From positions 434,001-498,000 of the forward strand of contig NIVC01000237.1 in assembly GCA_002269645.1 (NCBI GenBank): a stretch of 64,000 nucleotides of DNA, read 5' to 3'. Within the stretch, counting starts at the first letter, position 1, and every line of letters starts with the position of its first letter. The stretch comes from Macrostomum lignano (lineage: Eukaryota). A program made the translations under genes and the position numbers. This document shows positions 1 to 12,700 of this stretch, in pieces. A model generated the notes under the pieces. It saw only the letters and a list, made by a program, of their open reading frames with translations. It did no database searches and had not been told where the DNA came from.

Positions 1-1340
1 GCTAATTGAGGTGACAGTCACATCAGGTGGCTAATTGAGGTGACAGTCACATCAGGTGGCTAATTGAGGTGACAGTCACATCAGGTGGCTAATTGAGGTG
101 ACAGTCACATCAGGTGGCTAATTGAGGTGAAAGTCACATCAGGTGGCTAATTGAGGTGACAGTCACATCAGGTGGCTAATTGAGGTGGCAGTCACTGCAG
201 GTCACTAATTGAGAGGCGACAGTCACATCAGGTGGCTAATTGAGGTGACAGTCACATCAGGTGGCTAATTGAGGTGGCAGTCACTGCAGGTCACTAATTG
301 AGAGGCGACAGTCACATCAGGTGGCTAATTGAGGTGCAGTCACTGCAGGTGGCTAATTGAGGTGCAGTCACTGCAGGTGGCTAATTGAGGCGACAGTCAC
401 ATCAGGTGGCTAATTGAGGTGACAGTCACATCAGGTGGCTAATTGAGGTGCAGTCACTGCAGGTGGCTAATTGAGGCGACAGTCACATCAGGTGGCTAAT
501 TGAGGTGCAGTCACTGCAGGTGGCTAATTGAGGCGACAGTCACATCAGGTGGCTAATTGAGGTGCAGTCACTGCAGGTGGCTAATTGAGGCGACAGTCAC
601 ATCAGGTGACTAATTGAGGCGACAGTCACATCAGGTGACTAATTGAGGTGACAGTCACATCAGGTGACTAATTGAGGCGACAGTCACATCAGGTGGCTAA
701 TTGAGGTGACAGTCACATCAGGTGGCTAATTGAGGTGACAGTCACATCAGGTGGCTAATTGAGGTGCAGTCACTGCAGGTGGCTAATTGAGGCGACAGTC
801 ACATCAGGTGGCTAATTGAGGTGCAGTCACTGCAGGTGGCTAATTGAGGCGACAGTCACATCAGGTGGCTAATTGAGGTGGCAGTCACTGCAGGTCACTA
901 ATTGAGAGGCGACAGTCACATCAGGTGGCTAATTGAGGTGCAGTCACTGCAGGTGACTAATTGAGGTGACAGTCACATCAGGTGGCTAATTGAGGTGACA
1001 GTCACATCAGGTGGCTAAATGAGGTGACAGTCACATCAGGTGGCTAATTGAGGTGACAGTCACATCAGGTGGCTAATTGAGGTGAGTCACATCAGGTGGC
1101 TAATTGAGGTGACAGTCACATCAGGTGGCTAATTGAGGTGACAGTCACTGCAGGTGGCTAATTGAGGTGACAGTCACATCAGGTGGCTAATTGAGGTGAC
1201 AGTCACATCAGGTGGCTAATTGAGGTGACAGTCACATCAGGTGGCTAATTGAGGTGACAGTCACATCAGGTGGCTAATTGAGGTGACAGTCACATCAGGT
1301 GGCTAATTGAGGTGACAGTCACATCAGGTGGCTAATTGAG
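1..1340. repeat. Tandem satellite, 29-bp unit GGTGGCTAATTGAGGTGACAGTCACATCA (runs off the window start; in SMNDC1 intron)
   Basis: GCTAATT recurs at 1, 30, 59 and onward; variant units are interspersed. Confidence 0.98.
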
Positions 1341-2151
1341 TTAATGGTCACATCAGGTGACCAATAAGGGGCAGAGGTGATGGTCACACCAGGTGACCAA
1401 TAAAGGACAGAGGTGATGGTCACATCAGGTGACCAATAAGGGGCAGAGGTGATGGTCACACCAGGTGACCAATAAAGGACAGAGGTGATGGTCACATCAG
1501 GTGACTAATAAGGGGCAGAGGTGATGGTCACACCAGGTGACCAATAAAGGACAGAGGTGATTATCACACCAGGTGACCAATAAAGAGCAGAGATGATGGT
1601 CACAGCAGGTGACCAATAAAGGACAGAGGTGATTATCACACCAGGTGACCAATAAAGAGCAGAGATGATGGTCACAGCAGGTGACCAATAAAGGACAGAG
1701 GTGATGGTCACATCAGGTGACCAATAAGGGGCAGAGGTGATGGTCACACCAGATGACCAATAAAGGACAGAGGTGATTATCACACCAGGTGACCAATAAA
1801 GAGCAGAGATGATGGTCACACCAGGTGACCAATAAAGGACAGAGGTGATTATCACACCAGGTGATCAATAAAGAGCAGAGATGATGGTCACAGCAGGTGA
1901 CCAATAAAGGACAGAGGTGATTATCACACCAGGTGACCAATAAAGGACAGAGGTGATTATCACACCAGGTGACCAATAAAGAGCAGAGATGATGGTCACA
2001 GCAGGTGACCAATAAAGGACAGAGGTGATGGTCACAGCAGGTGACCAATAAAGGACAGAGGTGATGGTCACAGCAGGTGACCAATAAAGGACAGAGGTGA
2101 TGGTCACAGCAGGTGACCAATAAAGGACAGAGGTGATGGTCACAGCAGGTA
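1341..2151. repeat. Tandem satellite, 36-bp unit GGTGACCAATAAAGGACAGAGGTGATGGTCACACCA, related to the adjacent 29-mer
   Basis: TGGTCACA recurs at 1381 and 1417 (period 36). The repeat explains the CCDHHLCPLLVT-type ORFs. Confidence 0.97.
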
Positions 2152-2180
2152 AAGTGAATTGTAGAACCCAGAAAAATTAC

Positions 2181-2465
2181 CTGGCACTGCTCAGCGTGGC
2201 TGTCAGACGGCAGGTGGGCAAAGGACACAAAGCAGGTGCCATCCCGGCGAACCTCGGTGATTACAGCCGGATAATACAGGCGGTCGCGGGCCCACAGGGC
2301 GGAGCAGTGGTCGCCGACCTTCCAACCGAACGCTTCGCCAACTTCGACGGCTTCGCTGGGATCCCGACCGAGCAGCTGCAGCGTCAGGCCGATGATCTCG
2401 TCCAGTTCGGTCTTCAGAGCCAGCAGCTCGGCGTTGTCCTTGTCCAGCTCCAGAGCCGCCTTCAC
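2181..2465 (-). CDS. SMNDC1: SMNDC1/SPF30 (Tudor-domain splicing factor), coding exon 2; the gene continues beyond the window start
   Basis: VKAALELDKDNAELLALKTELDEIIGLTLQLL followed by Tudor WKVGDHCSALWARDRLYYPAVI matches the SPF30 architecture. Acceptor CCCAG ends at 2466; donor GTAATT starts at 2180. Confidence 0.88.
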
Positions 2466-4683
2466 CTGGGTGTGTCAAGGATGTCAGGAGCTGGTCTGTC
2501 ATCATGTCATGCTACCGTGGGACTTTGGCCTGAGGCTCAGTGCAATCCTTGGTTATTATTGCCAACCCCAAGGCACAATGTGTACATATTCAGAGGCGAG
2601 TGGAATGAGCATAATGTAGGATAATGCCACGTAGGATACCACGTAGATGGGTCAATTCCAGAGAATAGGGGTAGCTTTGTTGCAATCTCAGGCTACCCAA
2701 GCTACTAATATGCTATTCAGAAATGCCTATAGCCAAGATGCAATAAGTAATCTAGCTGCCAATGCTTTTAAAAGACACTTAATACTTGGCTTTTGCAAGA
2801 TGATAAAAACCATAGCAGCCCTAATAACCACTAGCATAGCATCCAGGATGGCTGGTAGCTCATAACACCTTTATTAGCTTATTATGACCTAATATACTAA
2901 CTTTAACAAATATGCAATGAGTAGTGGAAGAATTTTATAGCTTAGAACAATACTTGCTTATTAGACTTATTGGATACAATACTAATAAGCCTAGCCAATG
3001 TTCTACTATTTGAAGAATTGCACTAATACCCAATAAGGTAACTGCAATGGTTTGATACAATGCTAAGACTAGAAGCTTTATATAGTTGCCCAATATTGAG
3101 ATTTATTGGATTCTCATAGTTTGACAAGCTAACCTTTTGAGATATACCTACTCTGTATAAATTTTAAATTTAATATACATGAAATTACTTTGCATTTAAT
3201 ATTAATATTAATTTTGTAGTTTATCTTCTTTCAATTACTAAATTTTCCTACACTTTTAAAGAGTTAAATTATAATTTTTTATTTGAAAACAATTGTGACA
3301 TTGACATGAAATGTTGGAAAATGATAAAAATAGGTCAACAAGACCTTTCTAATACCCAGAAAAATGAGATATACAATTCAAAATTGTGCCAAAATGAGGC
3401 AGAAGTGATATGAACTTATTACAACTTTCTATGGTTGAAACTGTAAGGCTCAAAAGGGATTGGGAATGATACTTGTAAGAGTAAATAGCTTCTATACCTA
3501 AGGCCACTTCTAAGTCAATTCAGCTAAGCTCTTCAACTGCAACACCTAGCACTGGCTAGCAGCACCTATATTTATTGTACCTCCTGGGGAAATGCATCCT
3601 ATATTTGAGCTATGCAACCTTCATTTTACTATGTGGGAGCTCATTACCACAGCAATATCTCAAGACAGTTAACTAGATAACAACTTAGCATCTTATTGCA
3701 AACCAACAGTTATGCTCAATATACTCTCTAAGTAACTGATAGATGGCAAGCATATATATAGCTTCAGAATCATGATATTGTCAACCATTAGCTTGCCTTT
3801 ATCAATCTTCAAGATCCAACTATATACATATAAACCTCATTGAAAAGACATGGGCACATTATAAGGTAAAGTAATGAGCTATGCATACTACAAGTCAAGC
3901 CTTGTTTGAGTTGCATCTTGCATAGGCATAGGAACAGGGGGGACAGTAAGGCCATCATACATGCACAACCTCCAAAATTTGGTTGGCCATGCAACTTAGT
4001 TTTAACCAAAAATGTGACTTACATGTAAAAGAAACCCTAAACAAAATTAATGCAACTTTGGGTAAATAGCAGGAGTAACTATGACTTTTTTATTAAGGCA
4101 AAATTCCTCATTATCTACTTAGTACTACTGGGGTATTTATTCGGGTGGGCATTTTGCCATTTTTGAAACTTACCTTGGTTGGCTGCCAAATTGGTCAGCT
4201 GGATTGGCTGACTTGGCAGACTGTTGCGTGTGTATGAAGGTCATTGCAATAATAGTATCTGGCCTCTCCATGTTTTAAATGCAAAATATAGACTTTTTGC
4301 TTCTTTTTTACTCTTGGCATAGCATGGCATGGCATAGCATAATGAGGCAACAAGAGGTGACAGGAGGTGCGGCACAGCATGGCAAGGCAGTGGGAGGTGC
4401 AGTGCAACATGGCAAAGCAATAAGAGGCTAAAAAGCACAAAGCACTCTCTCCCATATCTATTATATTATTATAATGCAGTTAAGGTAGACACCTGATGCA
4501 CCTAAGCTATACACTGCAAGAAGGGATAATGAGGCCATAGCCTTCCACTTTTTGAATTGTTCTTATGCCTATGGTATCTCAAAGAGTTTATATAGTATAA
4601 TATATATTCTTAGAATGTTTTTGGTAATAGGGCCTATCCTTTTCTGGATTTTGCACATCTCTTCTAACTGACTTGAGCTGAAT

Positions 4684-5540
4684 GGCTACTAGTCACTTTG
4701 GCGACAAGTCACTTCAGTGACAGATACTTTGATGACAATTTTAGGACAAATGAATTTTTTGGCAACAGTAATTGCCAAATTGGCGACAAAGAGTAAGACA
4801 TTTTAGCAAAAGCTGAATATGAATATAAGGTTAAGAATAAAGTATTTCAAAAGTATCCCATAAAAATTAATAAAGACACTGAATATGGAAACCTTAAATA
4901 CAAACATTGAAAAGGGGGGAATACCAAACAATAATATTACTAACCAAAAGTAATAATGTAATTTTGTTCTTTAAAAAATAAAATAAGTTTTTATATATTT
5001 TTTCATTTATTCTGAGGGTAAAATGGACTATATAAATAAGCTTATTTAATATATAAATAAGCCATGACCAAGCACTTTGTTAAATACTTTATTAAAACAG
5101 TTGAAAAATGTATTGATTGCAAATTCAATAAGTCATTATAAAATACAATATAATAAAGAAGCTATAAAGTAATCTGACTATTTAAGTATCAAGTAGTAGC
5201 AGCTTCTTTATTTTGTTAAATGTTGAAGAATTCTGCAAACTAATTTATGGACTTGTATTACATAGACTAGGAACCAAACCAATATCCAATTTAGAACTTT
5301 TATTATTGATTTTAACACTAAATTTGAAGTTTGCTTCAAGTCTATAAAATGGGAATCCATTCCATAAATTAGCAAATATCAAAATTACATTACTTCAGGT
5401 CTAAGTCCAAGTCTGAGTCCATAAATTAGTTATACCAGAGAATTTGCTGAAATGGCCTAACATTGTTGCCAAAGTGACTGTTACCAAAACATCTTGTCGC
5501 TGGATGCTAAAATGTCTTGTTGCCAAAGTGACTAATAGCC
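4684..5540. mobile_element. Non-autonomous DNA transposon (MITE), Mutator-like
   Basis: Inverted termini GGCTA(C/T)TAGTCACTTTGGC(G/A)ACAAG; flanks GAGCTGAAT (4675-4683) and AAGCTGAAT (5541-5549) look like a 9-bp TSD with one mismatch. Confidence 0.65.
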
Positions 5541-5885
5541 AAGCTGAATTACATGAGTTACACTAAACTTTAAAATTGGAACTCTAAGTTGTTTACTTTA
5601 AATTCTATTGCTCTCTCAATTTAAGCCTTATACTATAGTTTTAACTATAGGCTATATAGATAGTTGTTCTGAGTTCTAAGTTGCTCCAAGTTTTTAGAGT
5701 GTTAGGAAAGTTGCAAGTTTTTCCTTTTATTATGTTCAATAACTTCATGTCAAAACTGTTTTATTTCAAATAAAAAAATCAATAAAGAAAAGAGTAAAAT
5801 TGCCAAATTGTCTTATTTATTAAAGAATAAAAAAGTAAACTAATTTATGTATTAAATAAATGAAAAAATGTTTACTAGCTCAAAT

Positions 5886-6237
5886 CAGTGGCGGCGCAGG
5901 GGGGACAGGGGGGGGCAGGCTGCCCCCGGGTGACCACCCCTCACCACCCTCAGGGGTTGACCACCCAGGGGGTGACCACCCACTTAAAAAAATTGGTACT
6001 TTACCATATTTTTTCAAGTGTGGTCACCCCATGGGGCATGGGGGTAGTCACCTGAGACCTCAGGGGGGTGGTCACCCGGTAGGGCCTGTAGGCTGTAAGG
6101 GTGGTCACCTTTTTTTGATAATTTTTTCTGGGGGTGACCACCCAGCCGGGGGGGCGGGGGTGACCACCCAGCCGGGGGGCGGGGTGACCACCCAACCACC
6201 GCCCCCCCCCCCAGCTGGAGGTCCTGCGCTGCAACTG
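5886..6237. mobile_element. hAT-family MITE with GGTGACCACCC subterminal repeats
   Basis: Termini CAGTGGCGGCGCAGG / CCTGCGCTGCAACTG; exact 8-bp TSD GCTCAAAT at 5878-5885 and 6238-6245. Confidence 0.9.
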
Positions 6238-6429
6238 GCTCAAATACTTAAAGCATATAAGCTGTATATTATATAGTCTAGAGGCTTAAGGACAAGGTCA
6301 AGAAGTATAAAATAGGCCTAGTATAGCTAGGCCATTATCAAGTCCCAATAAAAATTCTATAAGCTTGATGCAAAGGGCCTAATAGCCTAATCAATGTAAT
6401 GGGGTAATGGCCAATGCAAAATTATTTAC

Positions 6430-6483
6430 CTGTTGCAACTGTAGCTTATAGTTGAGAAGGTTTTGTTCATTGTCATCACTCAT
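6430..6483 (-). CDS. SMNDC1: SMNDC1/SPF30 coding exon 1 (MSDDNEQNLLNYKLQLQQ)
   Basis: ATG at 6483; 54 nt, phase 0; donor GTAAAT at 6429. Joins exon 2 as YKLQLQQ|VKAAL, matching the SPF30 N-terminus (YKAQLQQVEAAL). Confidence 0.88.
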
Positions 6484-7706
6484 TTTAGTATATTAAGCCT
6501 GTGCTTATTGTTTAGTGTGCTTTTAAAGCTTGTAAAGTTATAATTATTTATTAATTATTATAATTTTACACAACAATATTTAGACTTAGACTAGAGTGCG
6601 AAGCCGCTCGGCGACTAAACTAAAGTAAAGAAATACCAAAAAACTTTATAACGCAGTTTTCGATACAATTGAGGTCTTCCAACCAGCAATCTCTATACCG
6701 TTTATCGTCGTCCTAAATTTTAATAGCTCAGGTCAGGCGTTCCGCTCGCTGTGAAATTTGCGCTACTACAGCATTTTGATTGTACGCCATTTAGAGTTTT
6801 TCTTAGAAAACTAACGGAAATTTATCTCGTTAATTTGGATGCTTTCCTAATAACTTTATCAACCGTAGTGCCAGGCTGAGGCTACCCATCCAAAAATGAA
6901 TCATGATGATTAGTTAAATCTCCTGAAAAAATTGAGGGATCATGGCCCACTGGGGAAACGGAAAATCCCAAGTCACAATTAGAAATTAGCAATTATCTAG
7001 TTCCTGGCCAAAAAGTAAAGCATGTCTTGAAACACGTTTTAAATTTTCTCACAGCTAAAGAGCTAGGGGATCAGTTGAACCCCCCCCCTGAAAAAAAATT
7101 ACCGGATCCGCCGGTAACAAGAAAACAAGAAAATTTAGGATGATCAGTGTTTTAATACAAGTCATTGCATTGCATAACATGAAGATGCGTGAATATTTTG
7201 CACACAAATTTTGTGCTGTTGTGTGATAAAAACAAATGCAAGCACAATGCGAAATTCCGTTTATTCGCTTAGTTGAAACAAGAATTTTACAGCAAAGAAG
7301 CGATTGCAGCAAAAACTGCAAGCTGACAGAGCAACAGAGCAACTAGCTTTCGCGAAAAAAAGACCTGGTGTTATACGCTGACACATGTACGTATTGCATT
7401 AGTTTACCTAAAACCGGTTTTAAATCCATCTGATACGAACAATGGACAACTCAGGAACTACTTAGTGTAAGAAGCGTACTTGTCTTAGTTTCATATTGGG
7501 AATTAGGAAATGTCTGACAAAAGCTTGGTTCATGTCACTAACCAGCTATACGCCTTCGGTATTCGAATTCCAAAGCGCGTTTTGGACTGCACTGTATAGG
7601 AGCTAGTACAGCTAGTGACAAATTGTACAGTATGAAATAAAAATAATTTGGACTGACTTCTATATCAGCAGTCCACCTTTCTGATGCATGCAAACCATCG
7701 CCCGAA

Positions 7707-8073
7707 TCACGTCCTCTCGTGCCCAGCCAAGTGCGCCTTCAAGTCCGGCATGTTTTTGGCCACACGGGCGCACTGGTTGCACTTGAGCTCGCCAGCCTTG
7801 GTCAGACTGGAGAACCAGGCCCTGTCTATGGCTAAACTGGCGGAGGGGCCGCTGCCGCGAATGCCGAGTCGACCGCTGCTGATCAAGTGCTGCTGAGGAT
7901 GCTGCCGCGGCTCCTCCACAGTTGAAGCCACCTGACTGCTGTCTGCGGATTCCAGCAGCTGTAGCAGCAGACTACAGTCTAAGAAAAAGTCTGTAGTGAA
8001 TGACAGCCAGTGCTTCTTGGTCTTCAGACAGGTTGACACAAAGTCCTGACTGACGACGTGCATGTGAAGCTGG
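7707..8073 (-). CDS. APTX: Aprataxin, last coding exon (HIT motif end plus C2H2 zinc finger)
   Basis: QLHMHVVSQDFVSTCLKTKKHWLSF...CNQCARVAKNMPDLKAHLAGH. Acceptor CCCGCAG ends at 8074, phase 2; stop TGA at 7707-7709. Confidence 0.92.
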
Positions 8074-8624
8074 CTGCGGGTGTTGGAGCAAGATAATTAG
8101 AAGGTTTAGATATTCTACATGTCGGTGAGAACTCACCATGGGTATTCTAACTACTTGGCCACCTACCGGACTTTTCTGCCCGTCCCTGACATGCACACTT
8201 CGAATGTACAGCCAATCCTTAGCTAATTGAATGGTAATTTTTTGTTTGAGCCTAATTAATTCATAAAACTTAAAGAAACTGTCAATCGCCCTGAAGAGGA
8301 CTAATGTAGTCGAAAACGGCTCGGAAATAAAATGTTGATAACACAATTCATCGTTCTACTGCTTTTAAAAAGAGCTTCTCTTCTTCAATTGCAGAGACCA
8401 TTCAAAGGTGCGAATTAATCACGCACCCTAGACTTATTTTTGTGTTACAATGTGCGTCACCACACATCAATTTTAATTGTGGCATCCTGAATTCGGACTC
8501 AGGATGCCGAGCTGGATACATAACATAGTGTTAGGTTTTATTTTGAATTTTCTATAATTGTTATTTAAATATCAATTATCAATAATTACATAAGAAATAA
8601 GGAACTATCTACTCTATAAATAAT

Positions 8625-8852
8625 AATTGATTACACCTGCCCTAATCGGCAGATGTGCAACCAACAGCTCAGCCGCAGCTATTGCGCGGCGCATCTGAAG
8701 GCTGCGAACGGCTGTTCAGTTCAAGGACTGGGGGGTCGCCATGCAGAGTTAAGCGTTTTGCTCAAGGACACAATTGTTCCGAGAGGGATCAGGAATCGAA
8801 CCCCCAACCTTCAAGTCGTGAGTCCGACGCTCTAAACCACTAGGCTGCAACC
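8625..8852 (-). mobile_element. tRNA-derived SINE, internally deleted copy
   Basis: Minus-strand head GCAGCCTAGTGGTTTAGAGCGTCGGACT...GGTTCGATTCC (A and B boxes); body shared with the copies at 27018 and 29042. Confidence 0.8.
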
Positions 8853-8994
8853 CCCCTAAAATAAAGACGATGGACTATAACATTTCACGAATAAAATTAT
8901 TAAAGAAAACAAATTTGTTTTAATTTTGTACTGATTGAGTGAAGTTTAAATCCTGAATTTGGACCCAGCCTTACACCCCCTACCCAGCTCTCAC

Positions 8995-9052
8995 CTCATA
9001 CTTGGGACCGCATGAAATCCGAAACGAAAGCTTTTTGGCAGCAGATTCTTTT
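8995..9052 (-). CDS. APTX: Aprataxin coding exon 3 (EKNLLPKSFRFGFHAVPSMS)
   Basis: TTTCAG acceptor ends at 9053; GTGAG donor at 8994. The 58 nt keep phase between neighbouring exons; corresponds to the RLGYHAIPSM motif. Confidence 0.9.
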
Positions 9053-9166
9053 CTGAAATGGCCATGCAGAGGTGTCGAAAATATACAGAAAAAGCATACC
9101 GTTGTTCTTAGAGCTGTAATTACAAGCAAAAAGCAGAAAACCACTTGCACTACGAGTTCGGCTTAC

Positions 9167-9284
9167 CGGCAATGAAACTCTCAGCCGCAGCGAGCATGCG
9201 CTTCAGCATTGACGCATCCGAGCGTTGAAGCTGCGCCAGCGAATCAATTTGCCGCTTGGGCAACACCAGGTAGTGATGACGAGC
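9167..9284 (-). CDS. APTX: Aprataxin coding exon 2 (ARHHYLVLPKRQIDSL...)
   Basis: Continues DKYPK|ARHHYLVLP as in aprataxin HIT domains. TTTCAG acceptor; GTAAGC donor at 9166. Confidence 0.92.
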
Positions 9285-9454
9285 CTGAAAACACAAGTGA
9301 AGCGGAGAGTTGGATGGTCGAAGCATCTTTTTGGGGTTCGTTTTCACGAGCAAATTAAATTTTCACTCGCCATGGATTTTATGGTGAGAGGACAAAGCCA
9401 AGAATTCTACATGTACATTATTTTGAGAATCGGTGTTGTCAGCGCTCATTTATG

Positions 9455-9620
9455 CACCGCAGGCACTTATTTTAGCGCCGCAGGCACTTAATTTAGCGCC
9501 ACAGGCACTCATTTTAGCGCCACAGGAACTCATTTTAGCGCCACAGGCACTCATTTTAGCGCCGCAGGCACTCATTTTAGCGCCACAGGCACTCATTTTA
9601 GCGCCACAGGCACTCATTTT
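9455..9620. repeat. Minisatellite, 21-bp unit GGCACTCATTTTAGCGCCACA, about 8 copies
   Basis: Direct tandem copies; explains the APQALIL repeat ORF. Confidence 0.93.
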
Positions 9621-9770
9621 GTCGCCTTGAAGTAAAATTAGTAATTTCCACGACGGGTCACATGGAGGTGTGGGGGGGGGGGCAAAGCATCGGCATGTCC
9701 CTCCTATAGCTTTTACCGGAGGAAATGTCCCCCCTGTCGGGTGGCGATGTCCCTGTTCACATCGACAAAT

Positions 9771-12700
9771 CTAGCTAGAAATTGTCACTCCTGCTATCTA
9801 GAAATTGTCACTCCTGCTAACTAGAAATTGTCACTCCTGCTATCTAGAAATTGTCACTCCTGCTATCTAGAAATTGTCACTCCTGCTATCTAGAAATTGT
9901 CACTCCTGCTATCTAGAAATTGTCACTCCTGCTATCTAAAAATTGTCACATTTGCTAGCTAGAAATTGTCACTCCTGCTATCTAGAAATTGTCACTCCTG
10001 CTATCTAGAAATTGTCACTCCTGCTATCTAAAAATTGTCACATTTGCTAGCTAGAAATTGTCACTCCTGCTATCTAGAAATTGTCACTCCTGCTATCTAG
10101 AAATTGTCACTCCTGCTAGCTAGAAATTGTCACTCCTGCTATCTAAAAATTGTCACATTTGCTATCTAGAAATTGTCACTCCTGCTATCTAGAAATTGTC
10201 ACTCCTGCTATCTAGAAATTGTCACTTCTGCTATCTAGAAATTGTCACTCCTGCTATCTAGAAATTGTCACTCCTACTATCTAGAAATTGTCACTTCTGC
10301 TATCTAGAAATTGTCACTCCTGCTATCTAGAAATTGTCACTTCTGCTATCTAGAAATTGTCACTCCTGCTATCTAGAAATTGTCACTTCTGCTATCTAGA
10401 AATTGTCACTCCTGCTATCTAGAAATTGTCACTCCTGCTATCTAAAAATTGTCACATTTGCTAGCTAGAAATTGTCACTCCTGCTAGCTAGAAATTGTCA
10501 CTCCTGCTATCTAGAAATTGTCACTCCTGCTAGCTAGAAATTGTCACTCCTGCTATCTAAAAATTGTCACATTTGCTATCTAGAAATTGTCACTCCTGCT
10601 ATCTAGAAATTGTCACTCCTGCTATCTAGAAATTGTCACTCCTGCTATCTAGAAATTGTCACTCCTGCTATCTAGAAATCGTCACTCCTACTATCTAGAA
10701 ATTGTCACTTCTGCTATCTAGAAATTGTCACTCCTGCTATCTAGAAATTGTCACTCCTGCTATCTAAAAATTGTCACATTTGCTAGCTAGAAATTGTCAC
10801 TCCTGCTATCTAGAAATTGTCACTCCTGCTATCTAGAAATTGTCACTCCTGCTATCTAAAAATTGTCACATTTGCTAGCTAGAAATTGTCACTCCTGCTA
10901 TCTAGAAATTGTCACTCCTGCTATCTAGAAATTGTCACTCCTGCTAGCTAGAAATTGTCACTCCTGCTATCTAAAAATTGTCACATTTGCTATCTAGAAA
11001 TTGTCACTCCTGCTATCTAGAAATTGTCACTCCTGCTATCTAGAAATTGTCACTCCTGCTATCTAGAAATTGTCACTCCTGCTATCTAGAAATTGTCACT
11101 CCTACTATCTAGAAATTGTCACTTCTGCTATCTAGAAATTGTCACTCCTGCTATCTAGAAATTGTCACTCCTACTATCTAGAAATTGTCACTTCTGCTAT
11201 CTAGAAATTGTCACTCCTGCTATCTAGAAATTGTCACTCCTGCTATCTAAAAATTGTCACATTTGCTAGCTAGAAATTGTCACTCCTGCTAGCTAGAAAT
11301 TGTCACTCCTGCTATCTAGAAATTGTCACTCCTGCTATCTAAAAATTGTCACATTTGCTAGCTAGAAATTGTCACTCCTGCTATCTAGAAATTGTCACTC
11401 CTGCTATCTAGAAATTGTCACTCCTGCTAGCTAGAAATTGTCACTCCTGCTATCTAAAAATTGTCACATTTGCTATCTAGAAATTGTCACTCCTGCTATC
11501 TAGAAATTGTCACTCCTGCTATCTAGAAATTGTCACTCCTGCTATCTAGAAATTGTCACTCCTGCTATCTAGAAATTGTCACTCCTACTATCTAGAAATT
11601 GTCACTTCTGCTATCTAGAAATTGTCACTCCTGCTATCTAGAAATTGTCACTTCTGCTATCTAGAAATTGTCACTCCTGCTATCTAGAAATTGTCACTTC
11701 TGCTATCTAGAAATTGTCACTCCTGCTATCTAGAAATTGTCACTCCTGCTATCTAGAAATTGTCACTCCTGCTATCTAAAAATTGTCACATTTGCTAGCT
11801 AGAAATTGTCACTCCTGCTAGCTAGAAATTGTCACTCCTGCTAGCTAGAAATTGTCACTCCTGCTAGCTAGAAATTGTCACTCCTGCTATCTAGAAATTG
11901 TCACTCCTGCTAGCTAGAAATTGTCACTCCTGCTATCTAAAAATTGTCACATTTGCTATCTAGAAATTGTCACTCCTGCTATCTAGAAATTGTCACTCCT
12001 GCTATCTAGAAATTGTCACTCCTGCTATCTAGAAATTGTCACTCCTGCTATCTAGAAATTGTCACTCCTACTATCTAGAAATTGTCACTTCTGCTATCTA
12101 GAAATTGTCACTCCTGCTATCTAGAAATTGTCACTCCTGCTATCTAAAAATTGTCACATTTGCTAGCTAGAAATTGTCACTCCTGCTATCTAGAAATTGT
12201 CACTCCTGCTATCTAGAAATTGTCACTCCTGCTATCTAAAAATTGTCACATTTGCTAGCTAGAAATTGTCACTCCTGCTATCTAGAAATTGTCACTCCTG
12301 CTATCTAGAAATTGTCACTCCTGCTAGCTAGAAATTGTCACTCCTGCTATCTAAAAATTGTCACATTTGCTATCTAGAAATTGTCACTCCTGCTATCTAG
12401 AAATTGTCACTCCTGCTATCTAGAAATTGTCACTCCTGCTATCTAGAAATTGTCACTCCTGCTATCTAGAAATTGTCACTCCTACTATCTAGAAATTGTC
12501 ACTTCTGCTATCTAGAAATTGTCACTCCTGCTATCTAGAAATTGTCACTCCTACTATCTAGAAATTGTCACTTCTGCTATCTAGAAATTGTCACTCCTGC
12601 TATCTAGAAATTGTCACTCCTGCTATCTAAAAATTGTCACATTTGCTAGCTAGAAATTGTCACTCCTGCTAGCTAGAAATTGTCACTCCTGCTATCTAGA

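Noticed and set aside
1497-2180. Cys/His-rich repeat ORFs (CCDHHLCPLLVT)n, one fused in frame to the SMNDC1 Tudor exon
   Set aside because: The 36-bp unit is a multiple of three, so open frames are expected. A good donor at 2180 ends the real exon; only intron retention would produce the fusion, and I have no evidence for that.
5860-6276. Gly/Pro-rich ORFs
   Set aside because: They are by-products of the GC-rich hAT MITE repeats.
6588-6620. Possible Helitron 3' end on the minus strand (small GC hairpin then CTAG-T)
   Set aside because: The hairpin is very short and I could not find a matching 5' end.
8625-8852. tRNA gene (also 27018-27236 and 29042-29110)
   Set aside because: A and B boxes are present but there is no complete cloverleaf or terminator, and the sequence continues into a shared SINE body.
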